Numbered from the whole stretch's first letter, positions 15,911 to 29,539 are shown. The stretch: 63,360 nucleotides of DNA, filler included, from Octopus bimaculoides (GCF_001194135.2; 5 parts of 5 records of this genome joined end to end with filler, not necessarily neighbours in it), one strand, 5' to 3'. Notes: generated by a model from the letters alone, not told the origin. A program made the numbers and translations.

Positions 15911-16888
15911 CATGTATGTATGTATGTATGCATGTATGTATGTATATGGCCATTGTATTTCTCTATACGACCATAATATTGTACCAAGTAATGATGTGTC
16001 CTACCTGTGTTAGCAATGAGATTCAATCGCTTTTAAAAGTTATCTATGCAAATTTTCTGCAAAAACTAGAGCCCGCACTAAGAGTTACGACGTTTTATAT
16101 ACGAATACCTCTATGTAAACTGTGTGTTTGAAGAAAGGTAAATGCTTTATATACATATGTCAGGGGTCCTTGTCCCTTCTTCAGCACCACATCCAACTCA
16201 TTAACCACTCACGGACTGTTTAAATACTCACTACATTTAGTAGTGCAACACTACTGAGTAGAATTTTACATTTGAGGCATAACCCGGGAGCTGGTACGTA
16301 CACAGTAATTGTCTTGGCTAATAATCTTTTAAGATAATTCAGAGTATAGTATGTTTGAAAAACGAAACACGGTGTCCTCCTAACATATAATTATTCCTAG
16401 GTTGACTCTGAACCTTAGGACGCAATATACATTCTTTCTGTATCTGTAAATTAAGGATGACATATTCCCAAAACGTCCTTCCTCTTTTACACTGAACAGT
16501 GTAATTTCAGGAAACCGGGCTGCTATGTTTAATGAAACTGACGATGACGTAGTCGCTAAATTAGGGACGCTTACAAGATTGACTTCAAGGACTTCAACTA
16601 CAACATCAAATACATTGATTGCACCATTCAGAGAGGTGTCCAAAATTGAACTGCCGAATTTAAACAACGAAATATCATACTAAATACTATAAGAGAAACT
16701 TCTTTCCGCATCAATTACGTAATGTTATTACAAGATAATATCAAAATTATAAATGCGAAAGAAAATTTTCAAACAAGTTATAGTCTATAAGAAAAATATA
16801 CCTGTAAAGAAAATAATGTATATAAAGTAAATTTTAGTCTGTGAATTGACGTCATATCTGACTTGTATTCAGTGTATGTGTGTGCACA

Positions 16889-16951
<63 letters not shown>

Positions 16952-18479
16952 CGTCTGTGCGTGTGTGTATGTATGTATATATAATATATATATGTATATA
17001 TATAATATATATACATGCATATATAAATGTATGTATATATATATGTGTGTGTGTGTGACGATCATATGTCCAAATATATACAAATATGTATATTCATNNN
17101 NNNNNNNNNNNNNNNNNNNNNNNNNNNNNNNNNNNNNNNNNNNNNNNNNNNNNNNNNNNNNNNNNNNNNNNNNNNNNNNNNNNNNNNNNNNNNNNNNNNN
17201 NNNNNNNNNNNNNNNNNNNNNNNNNNNNNNNNNNNNNNNNNNNNNNNNNNNNNNNNNNNNNNNNNNNNNNNNNNNNNNNNNNNNNNNNNNNNNNNNNNNN
17301 NNNNNNNNNNNNNNNNNNNNNNNNNNNNNNNNNNNNNNNNNNNNNNNNNNNNNNNNNNNNNNNNNNNNNNNNNNNNNNNNNNNNNNNNNNNNNNNNNNNN
17401 NNNNNNNNNNNNNNNNNNNNNNNNNNNNNNNNNTATATATATATATATATATACATATATATATACATATATAAAATATAAACTTGTATATACTCCTCTG
17501 CTTAAGTGTGTCTGCCTGTAATGGTTTGTACATATATATGTGTGTGTGTGTGTGTGTATGTGTAATTTTATGTATCTTTTATGAACAAGTATGTGTGTGT
17601 GTATTCATACATATACATATAAAATATACTCACTTTTGATATTTTTCCTATAGGCAGTATTTCAAACAATGTATGTGATTACATTAATTTTGATGTTCAT
17701 TTATTTATATATTTTTTATTACTCTGGAATGGTAATCTTATATTGACACCTGGACATTTCTACACCACCATTACTGCTGGTTATCGTCATTGTTCTACGA
17801 ATAGGTGAGGTATTGTACCAAGTGCTTGTACCTCACGTGTTAAGATGCGGTGTTAATGTCTAGACGTGTTCCATACAGAATATGTTGCTTTATAGTTTCT
17901 TTGTGGGCTTTATTTATAAGTAAATTAGGTACCAGTACATCTGAATTTCTTGACATTTTAGAATTTAATCTAATTTAATCTACCACAAAGGTGATGCACT
18001 GTTAAATCAGTTAATCCCTTTTAAGTTACATAAACTGACTTTAGCATATTTAATGTAGTAGGTCCATTAAAAATAGTTATTCGCATTACATTTGCAATAA
18101 AATAAACGTCATTTGCGTTTATAACTCTTGTTAAAAATTCCAATCGAGGTAAATTCGAAATCCTAATTTATTTTAGTAAATTTTGTAAACAGGTGTTCGA
18201 GATATACAATGGAGAGTAAATTTAAGTTTTGGGAAATTTAAGTTTCACAGATTTCCGTCTTTTTAGCCCTTGTCGGCAAAATATGGTTGTACTAGTATAT
18301 ACTGGGTTTGGGCTCTCAGAAATTCCAGATTGGTCTCTGGTGTTCTGGAAGACTACAGGGATTGAGGCATTCCTTAGCTTTTCAGGAATTCTGCTCCTAG
18401 GAGAAGGTCACTCAAATTTAAAATCAGATATGCAGGGAATGGCATTGCTCATTTCAGGAATATTTTGCTTTTGCTTTGG

Positions 18480-18948
18480 AACATGGTGCTTCCATATTCC
18501 TAAGACTACGACACATATCGCCACTGGATAGCTTCCCTGACGCGTCCTCTAGGTCATGTCAGTAGGTTGCAAAGGATCTGTAAAGGTGCTCTGCAAGCAT
18601 TATTAGATCTAAAATTTTAGGTTGTGCAATCGCTGACCCGGTCAAGAAGGAGAGCCCTGCAGTAAGCTCTAATATCTACTGCTAGTCTGAAGGATTGAAC
18701 AAAACTCTACAATAAATTACTACGCTCGTATCTGGGACAGGGCCTTAACTACACATGTGAATATCCTGAACTAGATTCAGAGAAAGGTTTATCAGCTGAT
18801 TGGCATCGTATATGTTACAGACGCACTAGAACCTGTGACCCACAGGCAAGCTCTCTCCTCCTTCCAGGTTTTCCCTTTCTATTGTCCTTGGTACTCGAAA
18901 CTGACTGGTTTGTACTTCCACGAACCAAGCACCACCAGTGAGAGAATG

Positions 18949-18984
<36 letters not shown>

Positions 18985-19021
18985 TGATAGATAGATAGAT
19001 AGATAAATAGANNNNNNNNNN

Positions 19022-19082
<61 letters not shown>

Positions 19083-19340
19083 CATGGATGGATAGATAGG
19101 TAGATAGACTGATAGAAAGAGAGAGAGAAAGAAAGAGAGAGATATTAAGTGGGTTGAAATTCTAAGACAAAATCCAGGCTTCAGTATTTGGCATTTACCA
19201 TTTACCATAATTACTAATCCCTCTTCCCCTAATAACGGTTCTCTCGAGTGTCCTCTCTGCTAATGTTTTCTCTGCAGATGTTTACCTGCACCAGCTTAAA
19301 CGTAATAGCATCGATCTTACCTGCTTCGAAGACTCCTCAA
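18480..19340 (+). mobile_element. CR1/L2-group LINE, 3' RT remnant interrupted by (TAGA)n at about 18950-19140
   Basis: YYARIWDRALTTHVNILN*IQRKVYQLIG…DALEPVTHRQALSSF resembles the post-RT 'IQRRAxRLI…L..L..RR' motif. Confidence 0.65.
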
Positions 19341-20006
19341 GAAAACCACATCTGCCAGTCACGGACGGAGCCTTAACGCAGTCGTTCCACATGCTATAAA
19401 TGCCAGTCATATTTCTCACATGTTAAAATGTACCATTATTTTACATGTACAAAAAATAACAAAAGTGTATGTCAGATGGTACAACCTGTTATGCAAAGGG
19501 TCTGCAACTGTAGTATATATTGGCTCTGGCAATTGAAAGATAATGTAATTAATAGTTAGTATACAAATCAAGTGTTTGTCTTGGTTGAAGGACATTTGTA
19601 CACGTCCTCCTATTACTTTGACCCTGTGTCACGTCTATGAAAAAGTCTATTTGTATGTTAAAGAACATACATGCGCTATGTATATAAAGTGGATTTCTGA
19701 AATAAAATACCAGGATTTTCGACTCTGTAAACATTCACTAATAATAGAAATGATGAATAACCAGGGTAAGATCAAATCAGAGAGATGAATATAAAGATGA
19801 GGAAAACAACATAGAAACATTGATACAGAGATAGAATTTCGCACATACAAACACACACACATGCACAGACAAACGTACACACACGTTCAGTGTGATAGTG
19901 AGAGAAAGACAGAGAGAGAGAGTGAGAGTGAGAAAGAGATTGAGAGAGAGGGATAGAGAGGGGGGGATAGAGAAGTAGAGAATGAGATAGAGATAGAAAG
20001 AAAGAC

Positions 20007-20045
<39 letters not shown>

Positions 20046-20067
20046 CAGAGAGAGAGAGAGAGAGAGA

Positions 20068-20167
20068 NNNNNNNNNNNNNNNNNNNNNNNNNNNNNNNNN
20101 NNNNNNNNNNNTTAATTAATTAANNNNNNNNNNNNNNNNNNNNNNNNNNNNNNNNNNNNNNNNNNNN
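20068..20167. other. Artificial 100-bp scaffold spacer (44 N + TTAATTAATTAA + 44 N); also at 24644, 45176 and 54737
   Basis: The identical 12-mer, a stop codon in all six frames, is centred in N runs at four places. Confidence 0.9.
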
Positions 20168-21141
20168 CCGTAAGTTTGAAATTAAAGACATCATCTGGTA
20201 TAACGTTCCCTTCAACTGTGCCATATTCACAAACATATATAGGAAATTTATGACAATTTTAGAAAATAACTTCCCTGCTTCCCATAGATATAACAGAATT
20301 TTCTCCCATAAAACAATTAGAATCTCGTATTCTACTCTCCCTAATATGGGTACCATCATAGCAAGGTTAAATAGAAAGAATATAAAATTAGCAAGAGGTG
20401 GTAATAATAATATTTCTGTCAACACGAACTTAAACCCCTACAATGAGAATAATAATATTAATGGTGACGTAGGAAATAGAAACAGCGGTACAATATAGAC
20501 TGTAGGTCGGTGGTCTATACTAGCACAGAGATTACTGATACGCCTGTTGATGCTGAGATGCATTTGAATGATACTACAGTTGAGGGATGTATAGATAATA
20601 ACAGATATGAAAATAACACATACGATAGTAGTAGTAAGATTAATAATACGAGTGATATTAATAATAATTATAATGATATGAATATCAATAATATTGATAG
20701 TAATTCTCCTGGTTGCAATTGTAGAGTTAAATTCCACTGTCCGTTATTAGGCCGATGTATAATCCATAACGTAATTTATAAATGTACAATCATAACTGAG
20801 GCTGGTAACTTTATATATATAGGATGTTCGATAAATATGAAAAAACGTATTAATAACCATTTTTCATCTTTTAGACTCAATCATAAAAAGCCAATTGTAC
20901 GTCCTTGTATAGCAAGATTTGGGAACTGAAGGAAAGCAGAATTGAATTTAGCCTTAAATGAGATATAATAAGGAAAGCGCAGCCTTATAGAGATAGTCGA
21001 TACGGGTGCGAGCTGTGCTCTATGGCAACTTATAAGATTTTTAAGTCTAGGGACAAGAGCAACCTGATTAATAATAGATTAGACGTAAGGGAATCATGCG
21101 TACATAGGGTCACCCGTACATTTAAATATTTTCGAAATTAG
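20168..21141 (+). mobile_element. Penelope-like element: RT thumb, linker and GIY-YIG (disrupted)
   Basis: IIWYNVPFNCAIFTNIYRKF…RISYSTLPNM; CNCRVKFHCPLLGRC…NVIYKC…IYIGCSINMKKRINNH; after a frameshift, IWELKES…CELC…CVH. Confidence 0.9.
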
Positions 21142-22304
21142 CGTTTATAGGGGCTATACTTGAGCTTAGATGATGGAAATCGGTTTTTAGTGTCGTGTCT
21201 GATGTGAACTTACCCTCTAGTATTATATATAATAAACTCATGGGGTGTTGAGTTATATTGAGTTATGCATTGCATATGTTATAAGCTTTATGGTATGGTA
21301 TGTAGTATGCTACATGTAGTTACTATCCTATGAATAACCCTGCCTAGTTAGTCTGACTTCATCATGTTTTTGGTGATTAAACTATTTATTCTTTTCTATG
21401 ATGTTCTATCCTACTGATCATATGTATTTTTGTAATGGTTTTATGTAAGTAAGCCTCCTAATTATATACCCCTGAGAAACTATAAAATCATGTATGTAAT
21501 AGCACCGGTAACTTTACAACTTATAAAATACGTCTTTGGTCTGAATACCTTCAACTGCGTTCACTATTCCCATATCTATTGCTTACACAACTTTTATTTT
21601 TTCTGATTTTTTTTCTGATTCTTAGCTTATAATTAATATATATATAGCATGTTTTATCTCTCCAGTATTCCATAAGTAAATACCCAGAGCAGTCTTTATA
21701 GAAACCACCTAATACGTAAATAATTAAGTACATGAATGAATATTAAACTAATTCTATGTAATATTCCCTTTCTAATGTTGAAAAAATTGGTATATATACA
21801 CACTTTATCTAATTTGCTTATGATATCATTTTTGATGATCTTAAATTTTATCTTTATGCAACATAACAATATTTCCTCTGTATTAACATCATAGGTTTTA
21901 TTAGCGTCTTGCCCCTTTAACTGGTGATTAACATCTTGATTTGGGATCTTCCCCTACCCAGCCTCCTTTATAGACAGTTACTTTATACTACTCCTAAATT
22001 CTTGACAATATTTATGACCATACCTAGCTATGTGGTGACAACTCACTCCTGCCCACCATTCTAAACAGACACAGTCCTCTAGTCTCAGATTTAGTGGTTG
22101 ATAAAAAGACTAATAAACTAAAAATGAACCACAATACTTTACAAGCTATGACCCCAACAAACTTCATACATTTCTTGGAAGTGTAATATATTCTTAGCTA
22201 CATTAGTGGCAACATGGATTTTTTCTATCTTCTTGCTCTATTAGAGTATTTGAGTAAAAGTATATTAATGTGTCCGACTGATTAAAAATTCTATTTATTT
22301 ATTT

Positions 22305-22392
22305 GTGCAGCTGAGGATAGCCCTGCATTTAAATTGATGTAACGATAGTATTGTTCAATTAAATGGAGCTGCTTGAAACGATCGTACTACAT
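22305..22392 (+). ncRNA. Type I hammerhead ribozyme (Penelope-associated)
   Basis: gtgcag CTGAGGA(22311-17) t agc…gct t GAAA(22375-78) cgatc GTA(22384-86) ctacat. Stem III is the palindrome acgatcgt. Stem I pairs at 5 of 6 positions. Stem II closes with a T·T mismatch. Confidence 0.75.
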
Positions 22393-22429
22393 CACCTCTT
22401 GATTTGATATCCTGTTGCTTGTTTTGATT

Positions 22430-22477
<48 letters not shown>

Positions 22478-23559
22478 TCAAAGTAAAATCTGTAATCGTT
22501 ACCAATATAGCATAAGATTTCACCTCAAAAACTTTTTAATTAGATTCCTTAAGGATCGTTNNNNNNNNNNNNNNNNNNNNNNNNNNNNNNNNNNNNNNNN
22601 NNNNNNNNNNNNNNNNNNNNNNNNNNNNNNNNNNNNNNNNNNNNNNNNNNNNNNNNNNNNNNNNNNNNNNNNNNNNNNNNNNNNNNNNNNNNNNNNNNNN
22701 NNNNNNNNNNNNNNNNNNNNNNNNNNNNNNNNNNNNNNNNNNNNNNNNNNNNNNNNNNNNNNNNNNNNNNNNNNNNNNNNNNNNNNNNNNNNNNNNNNNN
22801 NNNNNNNNNNNNNNNNNNNNNNNNNNNNNNNNNNNNNNNNNNNNNNNNNNNNNNNNNNNNNNNNNNNNNNNNNNNNNNNNNNNNNNNNNNNNNNNNNNNN
22901 NNNNNNNNNNNNNNNNNNNNNNNNNNNNNNNNNNNNNNNNNNNNNNNNNNNNNNNNNNNNNNNNNNNNNNNNNNNNNNNNNNNNNNNNNNNNNNNNNNNN
23001 NNNNNNNNNNNNNNNNNNNNNNNNNNNNNNNNNNNNNNNNNNNNNNNNNNNNNNNNNNNNNNNNNNNNNNNNNNNNNNNNNNNNNNNNNNNNNNNNNNNN
23101 NNNNNNNNNNNNNNNNNNNNNNNNNNNNNNNNNNNNNNNNNNNNNNNNNNNNNNNNNNNNNNNNNNNNNNNNNNNNNNNNNNNNNNNNNNNNNNNNNNNN
23201 NNNNNNNNNNNNNNNNNNNNNNNNNNNNNNNNNNNNNNNNNNNNNNNNNNNNNNNNNNNNNNNNNNNNNNNNNNNNNNNNNNNNNNNNNNNNNNNNNNNN
23301 NNNNNNNNNNNNNNNNNNNNNNNNNNNNNNNNNNNNNNNNNNNNNNNNNNNNNNNNNNNNNNNNNNNNNNNNNNNNNNNNNNNNNNNNNNNNNNNNNNNN
23401 NATTGAAAATGATAGCAACACAGTTAAGGCAGATGACAGTAATAACAATAAGAATAAACTCAATGAAAATAAGAGAAATAAACCCCAAAATTTCCATAAA
23501 CATAACATAGGTAATTAAAAATTTTTTAAGAATGATATTCGTAATTCTGATAATAATAA

Positions 23560-24286
23560 AGATGATAATGTTTGGTTCATAATCCCATTTGGGAGGAATA
23601 TCAAAAGTAACTTGATTGCAAAGTTTATAGAGGTGATAAGCAGACATTTCCCAAAGAATTCACACTATGGTAAAATTATTAATACACATATCATTAGATT
23701 TGGATTTTCAAATACTATAAATTTAGCACGAATAATTGCAGCCCATAATTTTAAAATACTAAAATCTAAAGAAATAGGGGTGAATAGGGATTTGAACCAT
23801 GATATAAATAGCAATAAAAATAATAATAATAATAATGGCGGTATTATTGATAATAGTGATAATGTTTGTAATAGTAGGAATTTAATTACAGTAACTGACG
23901 TAAACCCTAGAAGATTGAAATTTGAAGGACCTAATGCGAGGGTTAAAAATATAGTTTATCAATGTAAGGTAAGGACTCAAACAGATACTAGAAGACACCT
24001 GAGATGTACTTCAGGACAAATATGTAAACGAATATCTAATCATTTTAATACCTTTAGAGATAGAAGGAAAATAGCAAGCACTAGTCTTAGTAAATACATC
24101 TGGGAACTCAAAGAACAAAATAAGCCATATTGGTTAGAATGGTCAATTATGGCGAGATCTTTTCCACATGAGAGGGGTAAGAAATACTGTTCGCTTTGTA
24201 CATTAGAGCTTTATTTCATACTATTGATAAATAACGCTCTGAAATGTACACACATTTTAAGACAAACTTTTCGTTGGTTTAAATAA
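23560..24286 (+). mobile_element. Second Penelope-like element C-terminus (GIY-YIG)
   Basis: ORF 23612-24286: KFIEVISRHFP…NIVYQCKV…KRISNHFNTF…TSLSKYIWELKEQ…WSIM…CSLC. Confidence 0.9.
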
Positions 24287-24768
24287 AATTGAAATATGAC
24301 AAGGTGTTATAATGAATTATACCATAATAGTTAGTCCATAGACAGATCATACTAATATAATTTAATAATAGCAGCAAGGATTTTGTAAAATCCTTTTAAG
24401 ATAATATGGTATAGATTCCCATGTTAGTTTAAGATTAGATATAATGTATACCAAATTACAATATAAATTTAGGTCCTTAAGTAGGCTACATTAGTATATA
24501 ATGTACCAATAACAGTTGTGGGCTTTACTAGAATTTTAGTGACACTTGAGGATTGAGTTCAATTATAATAGAGAATTGACTATAACCTATAGTACATTGN
24601 NNNNNNNNNNNNNNNNNNNNNNNNNNNNNNNNNNNNNNNNNNNTTAATTAATTAANNNNNNNNNNNNNNNNNNNNNNNNNNNNNNNNNNNNNNNNNNNNG
24701 TGATGGAGACCTAAACAAACCAACACCGGTTGTCAAGAGGTGGTGAGGTACAAGCACAAACACAGATG

Positions 24769-24826
<58 letters not shown>

Positions 24827-25399
24827 TATATATATATTCTTGTGGTGATGGTTCTTGCTGCTGTTTAGTCCCAGGTTTCCTTTGATAAAGCAGATCTATG
24901 ATCAAAGTTGTTCTACCCGTGACCAAATCATGGCATTTTTTTCCGGACACAGACTGTTGATAACTACATTGTCCAAACCTCGTACTTTTTTTTTTCAAGA
25001 ATGCAGAGCGTGAAATGAAATGAGATTCAGCAGCTATTTCTAGCAGGTCGAGTGGCCTTTAAAGTGTACTTAAAACTCTTTTATTCAGCATCATGTCTCT
25101 TTCAAAATACAAGTCGTTGAATGAAGTGAAATTTGACTGCTATCTCTAGCTGGTCGAGCGACCTCATAGAAGCCCTTCCCTTAACCCGTTTCTGTTGCCT
25201 GTTTTAATTCTGATATATTTTAAGGCGGTAGAACAAACATGCCACCTGGTTGGATACCTATCACCGGCATCTTGGAGTCTGTTTGTGGGGTTCTCTCTAT
25301 TGTATCTATCCTATCCATCCCTTTTCTCCATTCACTACTCCTGGGAGGGCCGTGTGGTTCAAATCCCCGGGCGCTTGTTATCAGAAGCAACAGTTATTA

Positions 25400-25700
25400 C
25401 ACTTTCCGGCTGGATTCCCTAACGTTAACCAACCGTGACTATACTTATTATTCAACCATCTCGTTCTTGGTCTCGCCTTTAGGTCTTCTGCCGGTTAACC
25501 CGGCTTGAAGAATCCATCTTGCAAAATTCTTTGCTGTGACATTCTAATCGTTTGATCATAGTACCAAAGTTCCCTCAAGCATTCAAATTAGAAGCCGCAG
25601 TTTCTTCCTTACCCATGTCTTTTCTGTATACATAGACCTACAGATATTCGGGTTTCAAGTCAATCTTACCAGCCGGGTATTGAGTGCTAACATTCCCCTC
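25400..25700 (-). mobile_element. RTE-type LINE 3' remnant
   Basis: Across a frameshift it reads GRRPKG/RPRTRWLNN, the typical RTE C-terminal motif. Confidence 0.55.
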
Positions 25701-26021
25701 TATCTTGTATAAAACATAAAGTGTTAAAAAGCGAGTGTATATAACCAGAGAAGCTTGAAAACGCCTACTTTTAATTTATTGATATTTCAATATACAAATT
25801 TATTTCTGTACTCGTGTAACTTGGATAAGAGACAGTGAAAATCATAGTTTAGGTCGTTAGGTTTTATATACGCATTCATAAAAAGCACATTATGGTAACA
25901 TCGGTACATTAAAAAATTATGCACTCATATACGCATCAACTTTTATAACAGTATACATAGAGTTTGGGTGTGTGTGCATACATATACATATACATATACA
26001 CATACATATACATGATTGTGC

Positions 26022-26126
<105 letters not shown>

Positions 26127-26243
26127 TATATGTATGCTCAAATATACATACTATGTCATGTGTCTACAAATAAATGCATCCACATATACATACATAAATA
26201 TAAATACATACGTACATACATACATACACACACATTTACACAC

Positions 26244-26283
<40 letters not shown>

Positions 26284-26311
26284 GAAAGAGAGAGAGAGAA
26301 AGATAGGTAGG

Positions 26312-26369
<58 letters not shown>

Positions 26370-27059
26370 TGTATGTATATGTTAGTGTGTGTAGTCGTGT
26401 ACGTCTGATCACATGTTATATAAGGATGCTCAGATTTCTGTTTTTTTTTTTTATTAGTTTCCTCTAATATTCTGTCTGTCTTCTGATTGATTTTATTTGG
26501 AGAGAAAAAAAAATTCATCTAATATATCAGAATAGGAATAGGAATACCATTAGTTTATAGCAGTAACATTGAAATAACGAACACAATATCAGGAGTAGGG
26601 GGAAGAGGAGGAGCTTACGTTAAACTTCTCAATATAACGCCCAGAGGAGATCGTGAATATTTTCCAGACTTGAGATATTTGATTCCTTTTGTTTTTCATC
26701 AAGTTATATAGTAGCATAAGAAATATATTTGTATTGGTGTCTGATGTATTTAGGCATTTTTCGCCTCAAGTCAACTCTAATCGTGCTGATCTTTTATCAA
26801 AGGCGTTCCAACTTAGACCATGTTGTATGGTGGAGTGTGAAGACGCGTGGCCTAACGGTTAAAGTGTTGGGCTCGGGAGCATAATGATGTGGGTTCGATT
26901 CTGTGAGCAAAATAGTTTTAATTTCGCATTGCACCAATTAGCTGAAATAAATACCAATCCATTAATGGTGCTGTCTGCTGTCCCTCCGGCTGTCACTCAC
27001 ATCCTGGATGCTCCATCGGATCAAGTGCGAAACGGCTGAAGTGCATTTATTCACGACTA

Positions 27060-27310
27060 CATGGCTAATCCACATTACTCTGTAAGGAGATTAAGGCCGG
27101 TTTCCCGGTTTCTCTGGCGTATATATTCCTCCTTGCAAAGGGTCACCGGTCCGTCGCAGGTACTACCCATTTTTACCAGCAGAGCGGACGGCAGCAACGT
27201 GAAATGAAATGCTTTGCTCAAGAACACAACGCGTCGTCCGGTCCAGGAATCGAAACCACAATCTTACGATCATGACTCCAACACCCTAACTAGTTAGCCA
27301 TATGCCTCTA
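27060..27310 (-). mobile_element. tRNA-derived SINE family C (CORE/V-domain-like body)
   Basis: Minus head tggctaactagttagggtgttgg…ggtttcgattcctgg (A/B boxes). Related copies at about 50-262(+), 5155-5305(-), 26830-26960(+), 28010-28090(-), 34300-34570(-), 57645-57860(+), 62810-63050(-). Confidence 0.8.
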
Positions 27311-28088
27311 CTCTAAGCCATACGCCTCCATACCAAGCCATGCGCCTACATAAGCAGCTGAGATATAGCTTGGTACACGCTAGCAAGTCATAGTCACTTG
27401 TGAGTTACGACTCTAGTTAACAATAAAATGCAAAAGTTGACATTCCGTTAATCGCAAAAGTTGACATTCCGTTAATGGCAAACGGCTAAAATTGCCGCGT
27501 AACACTCTAGACACAAATGGCAGCTTTCATTCTACGCTTGAGCCAAGATTATAGCTCTTAAATATAGTACTTCTTGATGAAATAAGTGGGTGGTATTCAG
27601 TATGAATTATAAAAGAGAAATGAACCACTGTAAAAGAAAACAGATGTGATGGAACAGATTATAGCAATTTGAGTGTGAACCACGTTGTGTACCCCTGTTG
27701 ATCAGCTATCATAGGGAAGGTAGTCCCTTGTAGATTAAGATGAGATGGGTTTAGAAGTTTGAAATTTATATAAAAAGTAAACAAAGTGTACAAAATATAC
27801 GCATTGAATATTTCTTTTTCCTACACATTATAAAGATCTTTAAAATTTCTAGTGGTTGGTAGTCATATACTGAGCTATTTCATCCTTCTGTGAAATTGTC
27901 AGCTCGGCATAACCTCAGGCAAATAAATTAAGCTAAATTAAACATTATACGAAGTTAGACAATTCTTTTAGAAAATAGTTTGCAGTTTAATTGGTATTTA
28001 CGGGGCACAACATGGCGCCCGGAGCAAAAAATCGAACCCACGGATTAGTGATCCAGAGCTCAACACCGCTAAGCATTAGGCCACGTAC

Positions 28089-28428
28089 CTTCACTCAAGG
28101 CACAAGGCTCGAAATTTTGAGGGAGGGGGCGAGTCGATTAGATCGACCCCAGTACATAACTGATACTTAATTTATCGACCCCGAAAGGACGAAAGGCAAA
28201 GTCGACCGCGGCGGAATTTGAACTCAGAACGTAAAGACAGATGAAATACAGCTAAGTATTTCACCCGGCGTGCTAACGTTTCTTATTTCTTTATTGCCCA
28301 CGAGGGGCTAAACACAGAGGGGACAAACAAGGGCAGATAAAGGGATTAAGTCGATTACATTGACCCCAGTGCGTAGCTGGTACTTAATTTATCGACCCCG
28401 AATGAATGAAAGGCAAAGTCGACCTCGG
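28089..28428 (-). mobile_element. SINE family B dimer (truncated by gap)
   Basis: Same units and same junction (aataaagaaataagaaac|gttagcacgcc) as 53188-53603. Confidence 0.9.
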
Positions 28429-29539
28429 NNNNNNNNNNNNNNNNNNNNNNNNNNNNNNNNNNNNNNNNNNNNNNNNNNNNNNNNNNNNNNNNNNNNNNNN
28501 NNNNNNNNNNNNNNNNNNNNNNNNNNNNNNNNNNNNNNNNNNNNNNNNNNNNNNNNNNNNNNNNNNNNNNNNNNNNNNNNNNNNNNNNNNNNNNNNNNNN
28601 NNNNNNNNNNNNNNNNNNNNNNNNNNNNNNNNNNNNNNNNNNNNNNNNNNNNNNNNNNNNNNNNNNNNNNNNNNNNNNNNNNNNNNNNNNNNNNNNNNNN
28701 NNNNNNNNNNNNNNNNNNNNNNNNNNNNNNNNNNNNNNNNNNNNNNNNNNNNNNNNNNNNNNNNNNNNNNNNNNNNNNNNNNNNNNNNNNNNNNNNNNNN
28801 NNNNNNNNNNNNNNNNNNNNNNNNNNNNNNNNNNNNNNNNNNNNNNNNNNNNNNNNNNNNNNNNNNNNNNNNNNNNNNNNNNNNNNNNNNNNNNNNNNNN
28901 NNNNNNNNNNNNNNNNNNNNNNNNNNNNNNNNNNNNNNNNNNNNNNNNNNNNNNNNNNNNNNNNNNNNNNNNNNNNNNNNNNNNNNNNNNNNNNNNNNNN
29001 NNNNNNNNNNNNNNNNNNNNNNNNNNNNNNNNNNNNNNNNNNNNNNNNNNNNNNNNNNNNNNNNNNNNNNNNNNNNNNNNNNNNNNNNNNNNNNNNNNNN
29101 NNNNNNNNNNNNNNNNNNNNNNNNNNNNNNNNNNNNNNNNNNNNNNNNNNNNNNNNNNNNNNNNNNNNNNNNNNNNNNNNNNNNNNNNNNNNNNNNNNNN
29201 NNNNNNNNNNNNNNNNNNNNNNNNNNNNNNNNNNNNNNNNNNNNNNNNGTGGTGGTGGTGGTGGTGGTGGTGGTTGTGGTGGCATTTCGTCCTGAGTCAG
29301 CTCTGATTGAACAGACCATGGATAAAAAGCGTTTCAGATGTGACCTTCCCTTCTTTTATTCAGATGTACTGCATAGCATTATCGACTATCTTATTTATTC
29401 ATTCATCTGTTTATTCATTTATTTATTTATTTATCTATTTCGGAAGATCAGATCTTAGGATGTGATTTGAGGAAATTGTGGTTGCTATTTCTAGCAGATC
29501 TTATGACCACGTTCAAGACCGTCTACTTGCAATGTATTT

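Noticed and set aside
16140-16190. Minus-strand CTGAAGA-aggg…ccct-GACATATGTA hammerhead-like motif
   Set aside because: GAAA is missing two bases and stem I does not pair convincingly.
20112-20123. TTAATTAATTAA recurring inside gaps (also 24644, 45176, 54737) as a possible biological motif
   Set aside because: It is always centred in 44 N + 44 N and stops all six frames, so it is an assembly spacer. Distances across these points are unreliable.
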